A stretch of 64,000 nt of DNA from the sequence record MW584153.1. One strand, 5' to 3'. The notes below the pieces were generated by a model that saw nothing but the letters and a program-made list of their open reading frames with translations, ran no database searches and was not told where the DNA came from. Source of the stretch: Mycobacterium phage prophi79-1. A program made the position numbers and the translations under genes. Below, in pieces: positions 1 to 8,465 of the stretch (positions are counted from its first letter, which is position 1; the number at the start of each line of letters is the position of its first letter).

Positions 1-37
1 CGGACGGTTATTGGTTCGAGTCCAATCGGGGGAGCGA
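1..37 (+). tRNA. 3' portion of a tRNA gene (T-arm, acceptor 3' strand, discriminator); 5' part lies outside the window
   Basis: T-stem ATTGG (10-14), T-loop TTCGAGT (15-21), T-stem CCAAT (22-26), then a 7-nt acceptor strand CGGGGGA and discriminator G. Classic GGTTCGAGTCC T-arm. Confidence 0.5.
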
Positions 38-92
38 GCTACGAACTGGACGTCGTGTTTCTATTGCACGCGCAAACGTTCAGCCGTAGCAT

Positions 93-136
93 GAGACGCG
101 ATCGTGGGCCCTGTCGGGGGATGGGGTTCCGCGGTC
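93..136 (+). repeat. hairpin repeat copy 1 (GAGACGCG ... CGCGGTC stem with CCTGTCGGGGGATGGGGTTCC loop)
   Basis: Near-identical roughly 45-nt unit repeated at 172-215. Inverted-repeat stem flanks a conserved loop. Confidence 0.5.
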
Positions 137-171
137 GGGTTGGCAGACGTAGGGGTACGGCTGCCACACAT

Positions 172-215
172 GAGACGGTCGGAGTCCTGTCGGGGGATGG
201 GATTCCGGCCGTCTC
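172..215 (+). repeat. hairpin repeat copy 2 (GAGACGGTC ... GGCCGTCTC stem with CCTGTCGGGGGATGGGATTCC loop)
   Basis: 9-bp stem GAGACGGTC/GGCCGTCTC. Loop is shared with copy 1. Confidence 0.5.
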
Positions 216-523
216 GTAATTTGTCTCTGGGTTCGCTCTTTTGTTGTCCGTGGTCGGGCGTCTTCTACTTTGCCGCCACACCGCGTCGATAGCAACTTTT
301 TAGGGCGGTTTTCTTAGCTCAAACGCGTTGATACGCAATCCATTTGAAGTTACAAGCGTGTAATTCGCTATGCCCTTTGGCGGGTGAGCTGCACGTTTTG
401 CCCGGTGCTGCGTGCACCACGGATTCCTACTGTTCGCCCGCAGAGAGCTTCTGATCTGGCTTCGGGCCGGGAAGTGATCGACGACCGCACTACCCAGCGT
501 TCGATTGAGAACAGGAGTCCGAA

Positions 524-2518
524 GTGAAGTTTGAGCTTCCGGCCGTGCTGCCTAAGACCGTTGCCGAGCTGAACAAGCTCCGCGACGAGGCGCTAGCCGA
601 GATCACCGCCATCCAGACCGCCTACGACGAGGGCGGCGAGATGTCCGCCGACGACCTCGCCTACCTGAACGATTTGCTCGACGCAGTAGACACGCTGAAT
701 GCCGAGTCCACCAAGGTAGCTCTGCTGGATCGCAGCCGCGCTGCGACTGCCGAGCCCGAAGGCCAGGACACCGACGACGACGGCGACAGCGCCGACACCG
801 ACGACGAGACCCCTGAGGGTGGGCCCGACTCCACCGCCGACGCGGGGCTGGTCGCGGGATCTCCCGACGGTCGACCTATCGAGTTCAGCGGACTCGGCGC
901 ATCCGACGCCCCCGATGCCCACACCGGCCCCGGCTGGGTCGTGGCTCCGGGTGCTCCTGGATTCGACGCGAATATGGCCGGCAAGAAGGTCGGCTTCGCC
1001 CAGATGGGTAAAGCACTGGCCAACGTGCGTAAGGGCCACATTGCCCCCCGGCCTACCGATCAGCCGCACGGCAGCAAGCTCCGTCAGGCAATGGCCTCTC
1101 TCAATCGTGGCCTTCCCGTGGTCGCCGACGAGCAGGCGCTCGTTGCTGCGATCTTGGAGCAGACCAACGAGAAGAACCTGCCGGGCGGCTCGCTGGTCGC
1201 GGCCGGTGGCTGGACCTCTCCGTCGGTGCAGCTGTACGACTTCTGCGACGTGCCCGACGCGACTGACCTGGTCAGCCTGCCGGGCATCGTCATCGAGCGA
1301 GGTGGTCTGCGCTGGCCGGTCGAACCAGACCTGACCTCGCTGTTCGAGCACTTCGAGTTCTTCTTCACCGAGCCCGAGCTCGAAGCGGTCGACGGAGAAG
1401 GGCATCCCACCGCCTTCAAGCACAGCGTCGAGATCCCCGCGCCCGAAGAGTTCCGGGAGATCCGCCTCAACGCAGTTGGCTGGTCGGTCACCGCGGGCAT
1501 CTTGCAGCGCCAGGCATGGCCGGAATCCGTCGAGTACGTGCTCCGCGCGCTGACTCAAGAGCACTTCCGTGCCATGAGCCGTCGCCGTATCCGCGACATG
1601 TGGAACGGCGGCAATCCTGTCAAGATCTTCGACGCCAACCTGCAGGTCGGCGGCACGAGCGGTGTGCTCAATGCCATCGCTCTCTACGCCACCAATCTGC
1701 GGTTGCACCGCGGACTTGGCCGCACGGCGACCATCGAGGGCATCGCGCCGTCGTGGTTCTTCGAGGTGCTCCGCGCTGACATGGCCATGCAGCAGGGCAT
1801 CGACACCAAGAGCGTGCCCGACAGTCAGGTGCTCACGTGGCTCTCGGATCGCCACGTTGTGTTCCAGTTCGCAGGCGACTGGCAGACCCGAGGCAAGGAT
1901 CAGCCGGGGCACCTGGACACTCTGCGGTGGCCGGGCCACGTCGACATCATCATGTACCCGGCGGGCACGTGGTTCGAGTCGCTGTCGAACATCATCGAGA
2001 TCGGCGTCCAGTATCCGCGCGAGCTGGTGCAGATCAACCGGTACTCGGAGTTCTTCACCGAGGACGCCATCGCGATCGGCAAGCGCTGCGGTGTTTCGGC
2101 CAACCTGCGTATCCCGCTCAAGGTCAACGGTGGATACGGCGCACAGGTGACCATCACCCACACCGATACCGCGGCCGACTTCGGCGGCAGCTTCGACGCG
2201 ACCGCTCCGGGTGGCAGCAAGTCCGGTCAGGCCGGTCTTCCCACCGGAACCACCCTGACCATCAGCGGTGACCCGACGGCGGGCAACTTCAAGCTGGGCT
2301 ACCTCGGTGAAGACACCGTGCCGATCGACGTCGCGGGCATCACCAAGGACACCATCAAGGCCGCGCTGGTGGCTCTGGACGACAACCTCGGTGCGGATGA
2401 CTTCACAGTCACCGGCTCCGGTGCTTCGTTCACCATCACCGCGCGCGGTGGAGGCAAGGTCACGGTTACCGCGAAGGCCCTGACCGGCGGCACCAACCCT
2501 GACGTGGTGGCTTCGTAA
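524..2518 (+). CDS. major capsid protein, HK97-like, with N-terminal acidic coiled-coil scaffold-like (delta) domain and C-terminal roughly 90-aa Ig-like/decoration domain
   Basis: 664 aa. N-terminal about 110 aa is helical and acidic (D/E-rich), like an HK97 delta domain. Central region has capsid-like segments. C-terminal domain is homologous to the C-terminus of the 4730..5788 product. Good RBS (AGGAGTCCGAAGTG). First large gene of the rightward structural block. Confidence 0.55.
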   Translation: MKFELPAVLPKTVAELNKLRDEALAEITAIQTAYDEGGEMSADDLAYLNDLLDAVDTLNAESTKVALLDRSRAATAEPEGQDTDDDGDSADTDDETPEGGPDSTADAGLVAGSPDGRPIEFSGLGASDAPDAHTGPGWVVAPGAPGFDANMAGKKVGFAQMGKALANVRKGHIAPRPTDQPHGSKLRQAMASLNRGLPVVADEQALVAAILEQTNEKNLPGGSLVAAGGWTSPSVQLYDFCDVPDATDLVSLPGIVIERGGLRWPVEPDLTSLFEHFEFFFTEPELEAVDGEGHPTAFKHSVEIPAPEEFREIRLNAVGWSVTAGILQRQAWPESVEYVLRALTQEHFRAMSRRRIRDMWNGGNPVKIFDANLQVGGTSGVLNAIALYATNLRLHRGLGRTATIEGIAPSWFFEVLRADMAMQQGIDTKSVPDSQVLTWLSDRHVVFQFAGDWQTRGKDQPGHLDTLRWPGHVDIIMYPAGTWFESLSNIIEIGVQYPRELVQINRYSEFFTEDAIAIGKRCGVSANLRIPLKVNGGYGAQVTITHTDTAADFGGSFDATAPGGSKSGQAGLPTGTTLTISGDPTAGNFKLGYLGEDTVPIDVAGITKDTIKAALVALDDNLGADDFTVTGSGASFTITARGGGKVTVTAKALTGGTNPDVVAS

Positions 2519-2605
2519 GGGTCATCGACAGACCGAAGGGTGGGTGACGTGGGCACACCAGAGGCCGTCCGCGTCACCCGCCCTTCACCTATCTAGGAGG
2601 GTGAA

Positions 2606-3385
2606 ATGTCTTCCCCGGTAACCTTTCCCTCGATTGTCTTCGATCCTCCGCAGGCCCCACCGCTGAGTGACGGGCTGTATCAGCATGTGATCTGGCCGGA
2701 CGCCGAGGATGTGCCGCGATTCCTGCTGCATGAAGGGGTCGTCATTCGGCCGCACAACTACGGCAGCGCTACAGGGTTCGGTGTGTGGGGAGCTGCGTGG
2801 TCGGCCAAGCCGGACGACATCACCGAACTCAAAAAGGGCGAGCGCCCCGACGCCACCAACTTGACGCCGTTCAAACCTGAGACGGTGTTCGGTGCCGATC
2901 ACAACTACAACGCGGACCTGACCGCAGCTTCGCGCCATGAGGTCCGCGACAGGGCGCTGCGCAACCTGGAGCGCAACGATTCGATGGCCATCGAACGGCA
3001 GCTAGCTGCGCGCATGCTGGCTGACGCGGGGACGCCCACAGCGGCGACGGGGATCGTTGACGCGCTGAGCAAGCTGGAGGCAGCGATCGGTAGGACCGGT
3101 GCGCCGGCTTTCATCCACGCCAGCTTCGGGTGGTCCGCGCACTTCTCGAATGCCCAACTGCTCTCGGGAATTACGACACCGCGCGGCAATACAGTCATTT
3201 TCGGTGGAGGCTACGTCGATGGCCTCGATGACGTCCTGGTCGCTACCTCGCAGGTATATGGGTGGCGCGGTGACGTGCAAGAGCTGGAATCCATTGAGGA
3301 AAAGCACAACTACTTCATTGCCGTCGCCGAGCGTAGCGTCCTGCTCGGGTACGAGAAGCTCGTCGCGGCCGTCAAGATCTCTTAG
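2606..3385 (+). CDS. virion structural / head-tail region protein (function unknown)
   Basis: 259-aa ORF with strong RBS GGAGGGTGAAATG. Position between capsid and tail genes. Confidence 0.4.
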   Translation: MSSPVTFPSIVFDPPQAPPLSDGLYQHVIWPDAEDVPRFLLHEGVVIRPHNYGSATGFGVWGAAWSAKPDDITELKKGERPDATNLTPFKPETVFGADHNYNADLTAASRHEVRDRALRNLERNDSMAIERQLAARMLADAGTPTAATGIVDALSKLEAAIGRTGAPAFIHASFGWSAHFSNAQLLSGITTPRGNTVIFGGGYVDGLDDVLVATSQVYGWRGDVQELESIEEKHNYFIAVAERSVLLGYEKLVAAVKIS

Positions 3386-3393
3386 GAGTAACA

Positions 3394-4125
3394 ATGCCAC
3401 AGGGTGTCGCAGTTTTCGTCGAGCATGGTTTGGCCACCATCGATTTCATTGATCCAGCCCTCAAAGGGCGAGGAATCGCCGCGCTGCTGGAGCACACGCC
3501 AGCTGATCTGGTCGAGAAGATGACTCGATCCGGTCCGCGCGTGCTTTACCGCGTGCCAGAAGGCAATGCCCGCGATGCTGGTCTGCTGGACGAGGTTTCG
3601 CAGACCGATGTTCCTTTCCCTGACCGCGCAGATCTCGGCTTCGCGCAGGCCCTCGTGGAGGCCGACCCCAACGTTGGCGGCGAAAAGCACTGGCACGCAC
3701 CGCTGCATACAGTCGACGGGCACACATACGTCGCGGGCCGTGACGGCGCTAACGGCGCCATCAGTGGCCCGCTGCGCCCGAACAAGCCGGTTGCAGACGC
3801 CCCTGCGGTTCCAGCCGTCGCCGATGTTGGCTCTGCCGATCTACAAGTTCGCATTCGCGAAAACACGCCCGCTCCAGCCGATTACGCGGCCACTGGAGCC
3901 CCGCGCGAACATCACGCGCCCGCTGGACAGGCGACCATCGCCACGGTTATCACCAATCCCTTCGAGCGGGCGATAGCCGAGAACGCAGATGTCGAGGCTG
4001 GCGCCGATCTTGCGTCGTTGACGGTGCCCAAACTCAAGGCGTACGCCAAGAAGCACGAGATCGACCTCGACGGGGCGACCAAGAAAGACGACATCCTCGC
4101 GAAGATCGCGGACGCCAGCTCGTGA
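3394..4125 (+). CDS. structural-region protein with C-terminal HeH/Rho-N-like (SAP-like) DNA-binding motif
   Basis: 243 aa. C-terminus LTVPKLKAYAKKHEIDLDGATKKDDILAKI resembles the Rho N-terminal / HeH motif. Tightly packed after the previous gene. Confidence 0.4.
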   Translation: MPQGVAVFVEHGLATIDFIDPALKGRGIAALLEHTPADLVEKMTRSGPRVLYRVPEGNARDAGLLDEVSQTDVPFPDRADLGFAQALVEADPNVGGEKHWHAPLHTVDGHTYVAGRDGANGAISGPLRPNKPVADAPAVPAVADVGSADLQVRIRENTPAPADYAATGAPREHHAPAGQATIATVITNPFERAIAENADVEAGADLASLTVPKLKAYAKKHEIDLDGATKKDDILAKIADASS

Positions 4126-4184
4126 CAGACGCGGTTGTTACGACTTCAAACGCGTAACCCTCGGACCCCAGAAGGGATCTCGAA

Positions 4185-4412
4185 ATGCCCAGCCCAGTGC
4201 CGCAGAACGACACCACACGCTTGATCGTCTATGCGGTCATGTTCATCGTCGTGTTCGCCGGAACCGTGGCCCTCATCGTCTCCGGGAAGATGGATGCCAC
4301 CAGCGGGCTGCAATGGGTGATTTCCATCGCGGGCCTTATCGGTACCGGTCTGCCGGGTCTCAAACTCGCCCAGGACATCCGCGGAGGCGGGCAGGATGGG
4401 CCTGCGGAATGA
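4185..4412 (+). CDS. small membrane protein (2 TM helices)
   Basis: 75 aa with two hydrophobic helices (VYAVMFIVVFAGTVALIV and VISIAGLIGTGL). ATGA-coupled to next gene. Confidence 0.4.
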   Translation: MPSPVPQNDTTRLIVYAVMFIVVFAGTVALIVSGKMDATSGLQWVISIAGLIGTGLPGLKLAQDIRGGGQDGPAE

Positions 4413-4660
4413 GCCCTGAACAGATCCAAGCGGTTGGCGGCGCGATTGTCGCAGTCCTGGCTGCCTGGCAGGCAAGAACATCCAGCAAGGTACGCGACCT
4501 CGAAGCGCGGCTAGCGACCGTTGAGACGCAACGCGACCAGTACCGCACGAAGCTACGCACAGCTGTGCAGCACATCCGCGAATGGATGAGATGGGCGATG
4601 CACCATGATCCAGAGCGCCCTACGCCTGCACTGCCTCCGGAGCTGCGCGACGAGGTTTAG
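4409..4660 (+). CDS. small membrane-anchored coiled-coil protein
   Basis: ATG at 4409 overlaps upstream stop (ATGA). N-terminal TM segment (AVGGAIVAVLAAW) followed by coiled-coil. Confidence 0.4.
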   Translation: MSPEQIQAVGGAIVAVLAAWQARTSSKVRDLEARLATVETQRDQYRTKLRTAVQHIREWMRWAMHHDPERPTPALPPELRDEV

Positions 4661-4729
4661 CCCCGTATGCACGTCTGATTCCTACTGTCGGACTCGGCCT
4701 CTCACCGACATGACTAGGAGCAAACTGGC

Positions 4730-5788
4730 ATGGCTCAGTTCTCGGTGGTGAAGGGCCTTCGCGCTCGCTTCACCAAGATCAACAGCTGCGGCCGCCCCAT
4801 CGCCGGCCCCGGCAACCGCCTCGTTACTTCCGGCTTCGTGTCGGTCCAGCTCACCCCGGTGATGAAGGACGCCGAGGAACTGGAGCAGCAGAACGCCGAA
4901 GGCAAGGTGTGCGTCACCGACCGCACCCCGCCTGTGCGCAAGCGCTACACCGTCGCCGCTGAGTTCTGCGGCGTGGACCCGCAGCTGTGGTCGATGATGA
5001 ACTCCTGGGAGCAGATTCTCGACCACGACGACAAGCCCATCGGTGTTCGCGACCACGACGAGGTCGACGACAAGTCCGGTGTGGCAGTGGAGCTGTGGAC
5101 CGGCGGAGCCTCGGACGACGATTGCCCCATCCCGACCGATGACTCGGTGTTCTCCCAGGGAAGCTCGGGCCGCAACTATGGTTACTTCCTGTTCGGCTCG
5201 ACCGAATACACCCTGGGAGACATCCAGGTTCAGGCTCAGGTGGCGACGTTCACCATGAACGGCATCACCATCGCGATGCCGTCGTGGGGCCGCGGCCCGT
5301 ACAACGTGGCTGGGACCGACGCTGCCGGTACACCCGGTCGTCTGCTGGTGCCAACCAACAAGAAGTCTCACGTCACGCTGTTCCGCACTCCGGTGGCGCC
5401 ACCCGAGGTCACCAATGGCGCAGTGCCGCTGGCGATCACCACGCTGTACCAGGCACCGAATTACTACTACGGCGGTCCGGCCGGTGCGCCGGCCGCGGAC
5501 ATCGCGCCCGAGCAGGGTCCGTCGAAGTTCACGTTGAGCTTCACCGGTACCCCGACTGCCGGTGACTTCAAGCTGAGCGTCGGCGGGCTCGACACGACTG
5601 TCCTGCTGTTCAATCCGACGGCGACGGCCATCGCGGCGGCGCTCAACGCGCTGGCGAATGTGGATGGCGCGACGGTCACCGGAACGGGTACAGGTCCGTT
5701 CGCGATCACGCTGCCCGCGGGCGGTACGGTCACGGTGACTGCGGCCAACCTGACCGGCGGTACGGTCAACGTGGTACCTGCGGCTTAG
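4730..5788 (+). CDS. major tail (tube) protein with C-terminal Ig-like domain
   Basis: 352 aa. C-terminal 90 aa (PTAGDFKLSVGGLDT ... TVTGTGTGPFAITLPAGGTVTVTAANLTGGT) parallels the capsid C-terminus. Followed by strong terminator. Position upstream of chaperone/tape-measure genes. Confidence 0.45.
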   Translation: MAQFSVVKGLRARFTKINSCGRPIAGPGNRLVTSGFVSVQLTPVMKDAEELEQQNAEGKVCVTDRTPPVRKRYTVAAEFCGVDPQLWSMMNSWEQILDHDDKPIGVRDHDEVDDKSGVAVELWTGGASDDDCPIPTDDSVFSQGSSGRNYGYFLFGSTEYTLGDIQVQAQVATFTMNGITIAMPSWGRGPYNVAGTDAAGTPGRLLVPTNKKSHVTLFRTPVAPPEVTNGAVPLAITTLYQAPNYYYGGPAGAPAADIAPEQGPSKFTLSFTGTPTAGDFKLSVGGLDTTVLLFNPTATAIAAALNALANVDGATVTGTGTGPFAITLPAGGTVTVTAANLTGGTVNVVPAA

Positions 5789-5796
5789 TCCAGGCA

Positions 5797-5845
5797 CACG
5801 AAAATACCCCCGAGAGTGAAGGGTTGCTCCCGGGGGTATTTCGTG
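5797..5845. terminator. bidirectional intrinsic terminator-like hairpin (15-bp stem CACGAAATACCCCCG)
   Basis: Near-perfect inverted repeat CACGAAAATACCCCCG ... CGGGGGTATTTCGTG. Sits between convergent rightward tail gene and leftward cassette. Confidence 0.6.
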
Positions 5846-5926
5846 TCACCAGGGCCATTGCGGTGATCCGCGCGCCCAATCCTCGCCTAGCGCGCTGGCC
5901 CTGGTCGTTACCGCGAGGTCGACGGG

Positions 5927-6079
5927 CTACAGGGGCAGTCCTTCACTGTCCCAGTGATTCTCGGCGTCCCAATGACCGCTGGTGAAGCCATTCTCGATCA
6001 AATCGGCGACTTCGCGCACGTGGTCAGCGGCTGCATCCGTGTGGCTTTTCTCGCTCATGTTGATCGTGATCTTGGGCAT
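5927..6079 (-). CDS. small hypothetical protein (50 aa), last gene of leftward cassette
   Basis: Not in ORF track (shorter than 60 aa). ATG at 6079 overlaps stop of upstream gene (ATGA). Translation is MPKITINMSEKSHTDAAADHVREVADLIENGFTSGHWDAENHWDSEGLPL. Confidence 0.3.
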   Translation of the reverse strand: MPKITINMSEKSHTDAAADHVREVADLIENGFTSGHWDAENHWDSEGLPL

Positions 6080-6540
6080 CAGGTCGTCCCTTCTGTTCCT
6101 AATGCGTCACGGAACAATTCTGTGAGGCTGTCGTATCCGACCATCTTGAGTTGGCTGGCACTGATCGTTTGGCCGGTGTGAGCCTTGAGCAGATCGATCA
6201 GACCTCGATAGTGATCGATGTTCAGTGACGGCTTGCTGCCAATCTCGCCCTTGATCCTGGCTTCGGACGGCGGATTGTAGAACAGTCCCTCGATGTCGTT
6301 GCCGGCGTTGGCTGCGTCCCGAATCTGTTTGAGCGTGATGGCCTTGCCGGGCTTGAGCATTTCGGTGAGCGTGGTTCGCAGCTCTCTCACCCTTGGCAGG
6401 CTCGTCTTGATCCAAGCTTGCTGGTGGGCGCGCAGGTAATCATCGCGGTCCTGCTCCCACCTCGCCAGAGCTGTGTTGTGGTTCTTGATGGCCTTTTCGG
6501 CCGCGGTGATCAGGGTCTTGGTGGTGAAAACAAGGCTCAT
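6079..6540 (-). CDS. hypothetical protein (153 aa)
   Basis: ORF in leftward cassette. Start overlaps upstream stop. Confidence 0.45.
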   Translation of the reverse strand: MSLVFTTKTLITAAEKAIKNHNTALARWEQDRDDYLRAHQQAWIKTSLPRVRELRTTLTEMLKPGKAITLKQIRDAANAGNDIEGLFYNPPSEARIKGEIGSKPSLNIDHYRGLIDLLKAHTGQTISASQLKMVGYDSLTELFRDALGTEGTT

Positions 6541-6908
6541 GCGGAGATTCCTTCCAGGTGTCCGGGTTCATCGGATAGAACGGTGTCGGGGGTGACGGGG
6601 TAGGTCTCCTTCACACCGCCCGCCTCGGTCCAGTAGCCCGCTGTGCAGTAGTAGCGCGAGCACCAGCCCGAGACGTATCGAGACGGCCAGGTGAATGCAC
6701 GCGTACGCATCCAGCTGCCGTCCTTCTGAATTGGACCGTCGCAGATCGTCCGCGTCTGGCTGCCCAGGAAGCCCCAGGGCTGGGACTGACAGGCGGGGGC
6801 GGCGTGGGCATCGTCGGCGTACGCGATGCCGACACCCGCGAGTATGGCGCCGGCCGCTGCGGCGCCCAGGAGTCGCCGATAGGCGACCCGTTTGTGTATA
6901 GATCTCAT
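6537..6908 (-). CDS. secreted protein (signal peptide, 4 Cys, Trp/Tyr-rich mature part)
   Basis: N-terminus MRSIHKRVAYRRLLGAAAAGAILAGVGIAYA is signal-peptide-like, with a cleavage-site-like A-D-D-A-H-A. Mature domain CQSQPW...C...C...C. Confidence 0.5.
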   Translation of the reverse strand: MRSIHKRVAYRRLLGAAAAGAILAGVGIAYADDAHAAPACQSQPWGFLGSQTRTICDGPIQKDGSWMRTRAFTWPSRYVSGWCSRYYCTAGYWTEAGGVKETYPVTPDTVLSDEPGHLEGISA

Positions 6909-6966
6909 GATGGAGGGACTTCCTTTCGGGGGATGGGTGATGCTGCCGCTGTGGGGGTTTCAGCGG

Positions 6967-7524
6967 CTAGAGCAGTGATTCCATGGCAGCCAGGTGATCT
7001 CGAGCTTTCTGCTCGACATCTTGTGCCGCCTCTCGGTCCTTGATCGCAGAGTCCAGTCGTTCCTTCGCAACACGGACTAGGACGCCTTGTATCGCATCGT
7101 TGGTGAGGTAGTCGTCGACCAGGTGTTTTGGGATTTCCTCGAGCTTTTCCCGCGCGCTGTCGGTGAGGTCGCCGTAGCTGTGGCATCTGGGGATGTACCC
7201 GAGCTGCTGAATACCGCCCTCGGTCAGCACTTCTCGCAGTTCGTCATGCCATTTGTCGGGCCGCTCGGGCTCGTACGATACGTGCTGCCACCGGGCGTAG
7301 GTCTTCCCATTGACGGTCAGCTCGCCGGGATCAAACGACAGCACCAATGCGACTGCCACGATCTCGGGGAGCACGACATCCGGTGCTTTTCCCTCTCCCC
7401 ATCTGCGTTCGGACTTGAGTGTGTGCAGTCGCAGGGAGACCTTGGCGATTCCGTCGAGGCCTCGCCCTCGGATGTGGACACGAGTGCGGCCATCGTCGCT
7501 TTCCAGCGGGGTGAAGATATTCAT
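6967..7524 (-). CDS. hypothetical protein (185 aa)
   Basis: ORF in leftward cassette. ATGA-coupled with the gene upstream. Confidence 0.45.
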   Translation of the reverse strand: MNIFTPLESDDGRTRVHIRGRGLDGIAKVSLRLHTLKSERRWGEGKAPDVVLPEIVAVALVLSFDPGELTVNGKTYARWQHVSYEPERPDKWHDELREVLTEGGIQQLGYIPRCHSYGDLTDSAREKLEEIPKHLVDDYLTNDAIQGVLVRVAKERLDSAIKDREAAQDVEQKARDHLAAMESLL

Positions 7525-7766
7525 ACGACTAGCTCCTCACGTTCCGGGTTGAGTGACAGATGGTGCTCGCGGTCGCGGGCGGTAGGGGCGAGGAATCCGA
7601 CCAGTTCGTCGGCAATGTCGGCCAATTCCCCCATGATGTCGGTGATGGTCTCTTGATCACGCGGGCTTATCTCGTCCTGCGATCGCCGCTCGTACAATTC
7701 GTCGCGCTTCTGAAACCAGCGCGCAAGAGCCTCGCTCACTTCGGGATTGGCGGTGTCGACAATCAT
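7521..7766 (-). CDS. small acidic helical protein (81 aa)
   Basis: Start refined to MIVDTANPEV... (ATG at 7766 overlapping upstream stop, ATGA). The 139-aa ORF N-terminus is Arg-rich junk. Confidence 0.4.
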   Translation of the reverse strand: MIVDTANPEVSEALARWFQKRDELYERRSQDEISPRDQETITDIMGELADIADELVGFLAPTARDREHHLSLNPEREELVV

Positions 7767-8020
7767 CAGCGCACCCCCTGCGACCAGTACCGGACGCCGA
7801 CCTCGTGGAGCTTCGCGAAGATCTCGGGGGATGCACTGCCTCGGGGCAGCGCGGTGACGAACACCTTTGCGTCGTCGTAGAACACGGTCGACGTGCGAAC
7901 GTCGCCCCACGCCCGGTTCATTAGGTCGGCGTTGATCCACGTAACCATAAGGTCTCGGTTGATCTTCTGGCGGAACGGGCTGTGGTCAGTGAGTTGTTCG
8001 AGAGTGGCGGTGTCGCTCAT
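7766..8020 (-). CDS. small hypothetical protein (84 aa)
   Basis: Start refined to MSDTATLEQ... (ATG at 8020), 3 nt after upstream stop. Confidence 0.4.
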   Translation of the reverse strand: MSDTATLEQLTDHSPFRQKINRDLMVTWINADLMNRAWGDVRTSTVFYDDAKVFVTALPRGSASPEIFAKLHEVGVRYWSQGVR

Positions 8021-8379
8021 CGACGCAGTTCCTCCGCTGCCTGGCGTGGCCATTCCTCGGCAGTGAAGCTGCGGAACATGCCAGCGTGGTAGACGAACTC
8101 GCGTAGCTGATCGCAGTAGATTCGTGTGGCCTGCCCGTGGATGTATTCGACCGCAACGCCTTTCGCCTTGCGCTTGAATATCCGAGTGACGATGTAGTCA
8201 TCGTTTGGGGTGAGTTGGACGCGCACCAGGATGCCGTTGCTGACGGGAAGCTCGATGCCGTCGGCGATGCCGATGATGCGGCCACCGCTGACCGAGCAGA
8301 TGGTAGGGGTACCGATCTGATCTGCGATAACTTGCTTCTGATCGCTTCGGATGCGGTATGAAGATAGAGCTGTGCTCAC
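8017..8379 (-). CDS. hypothetical protein (120 aa), first gene of leftward cassette
   Basis: GTG start at 8379 directly downstream of the promoter-operator-leader module. RBS GGAAGGAACC. Confidence 0.45.
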   Translation of the reverse strand: MSTALSSYRIRSDQKQVIADQIGTPTICSVSGGRIIGIADGIELPVSNGILVRVQLTPNDDYIVTRIFKRKAKGVAVEYIHGQATRIYCDQLREFVYHAGMFRSFTAEEWPRQAAEELRR

Positions 8380-8460
8380 GGGTTCCTTCCCTTCGTCGGT
8401 GGGTTTGTTCCCTGCCTGACAAGATCAACAATACCTATGGTGATAGGTATTAGTCAACCC
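8380..8460 (-). promoter_or_regulatory. leftward promoter-operator-leader module (copy 1)
   Basis: Minus strand reads TTGACT - 18 nt containing palindrome ATACCTATcaccATAGGTAT - TATTGT, then leader CAGGCAGGGAACAAACCCACC, then GGAAGGAACC RBS and GTG. Confidence 0.6.
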
Positions 8461-8465
8461 ACGGG

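Noticed and set aside
593-2161. 522-aa antisense ORF overlapping the capsid gene
   Set aside because: Lies entirely within and opposite to a well-supported rightward gene. Arg/Ala/Gly/Val-rich composition typical of spurious ORFs in high-GC DNA. No RBS or operon context.
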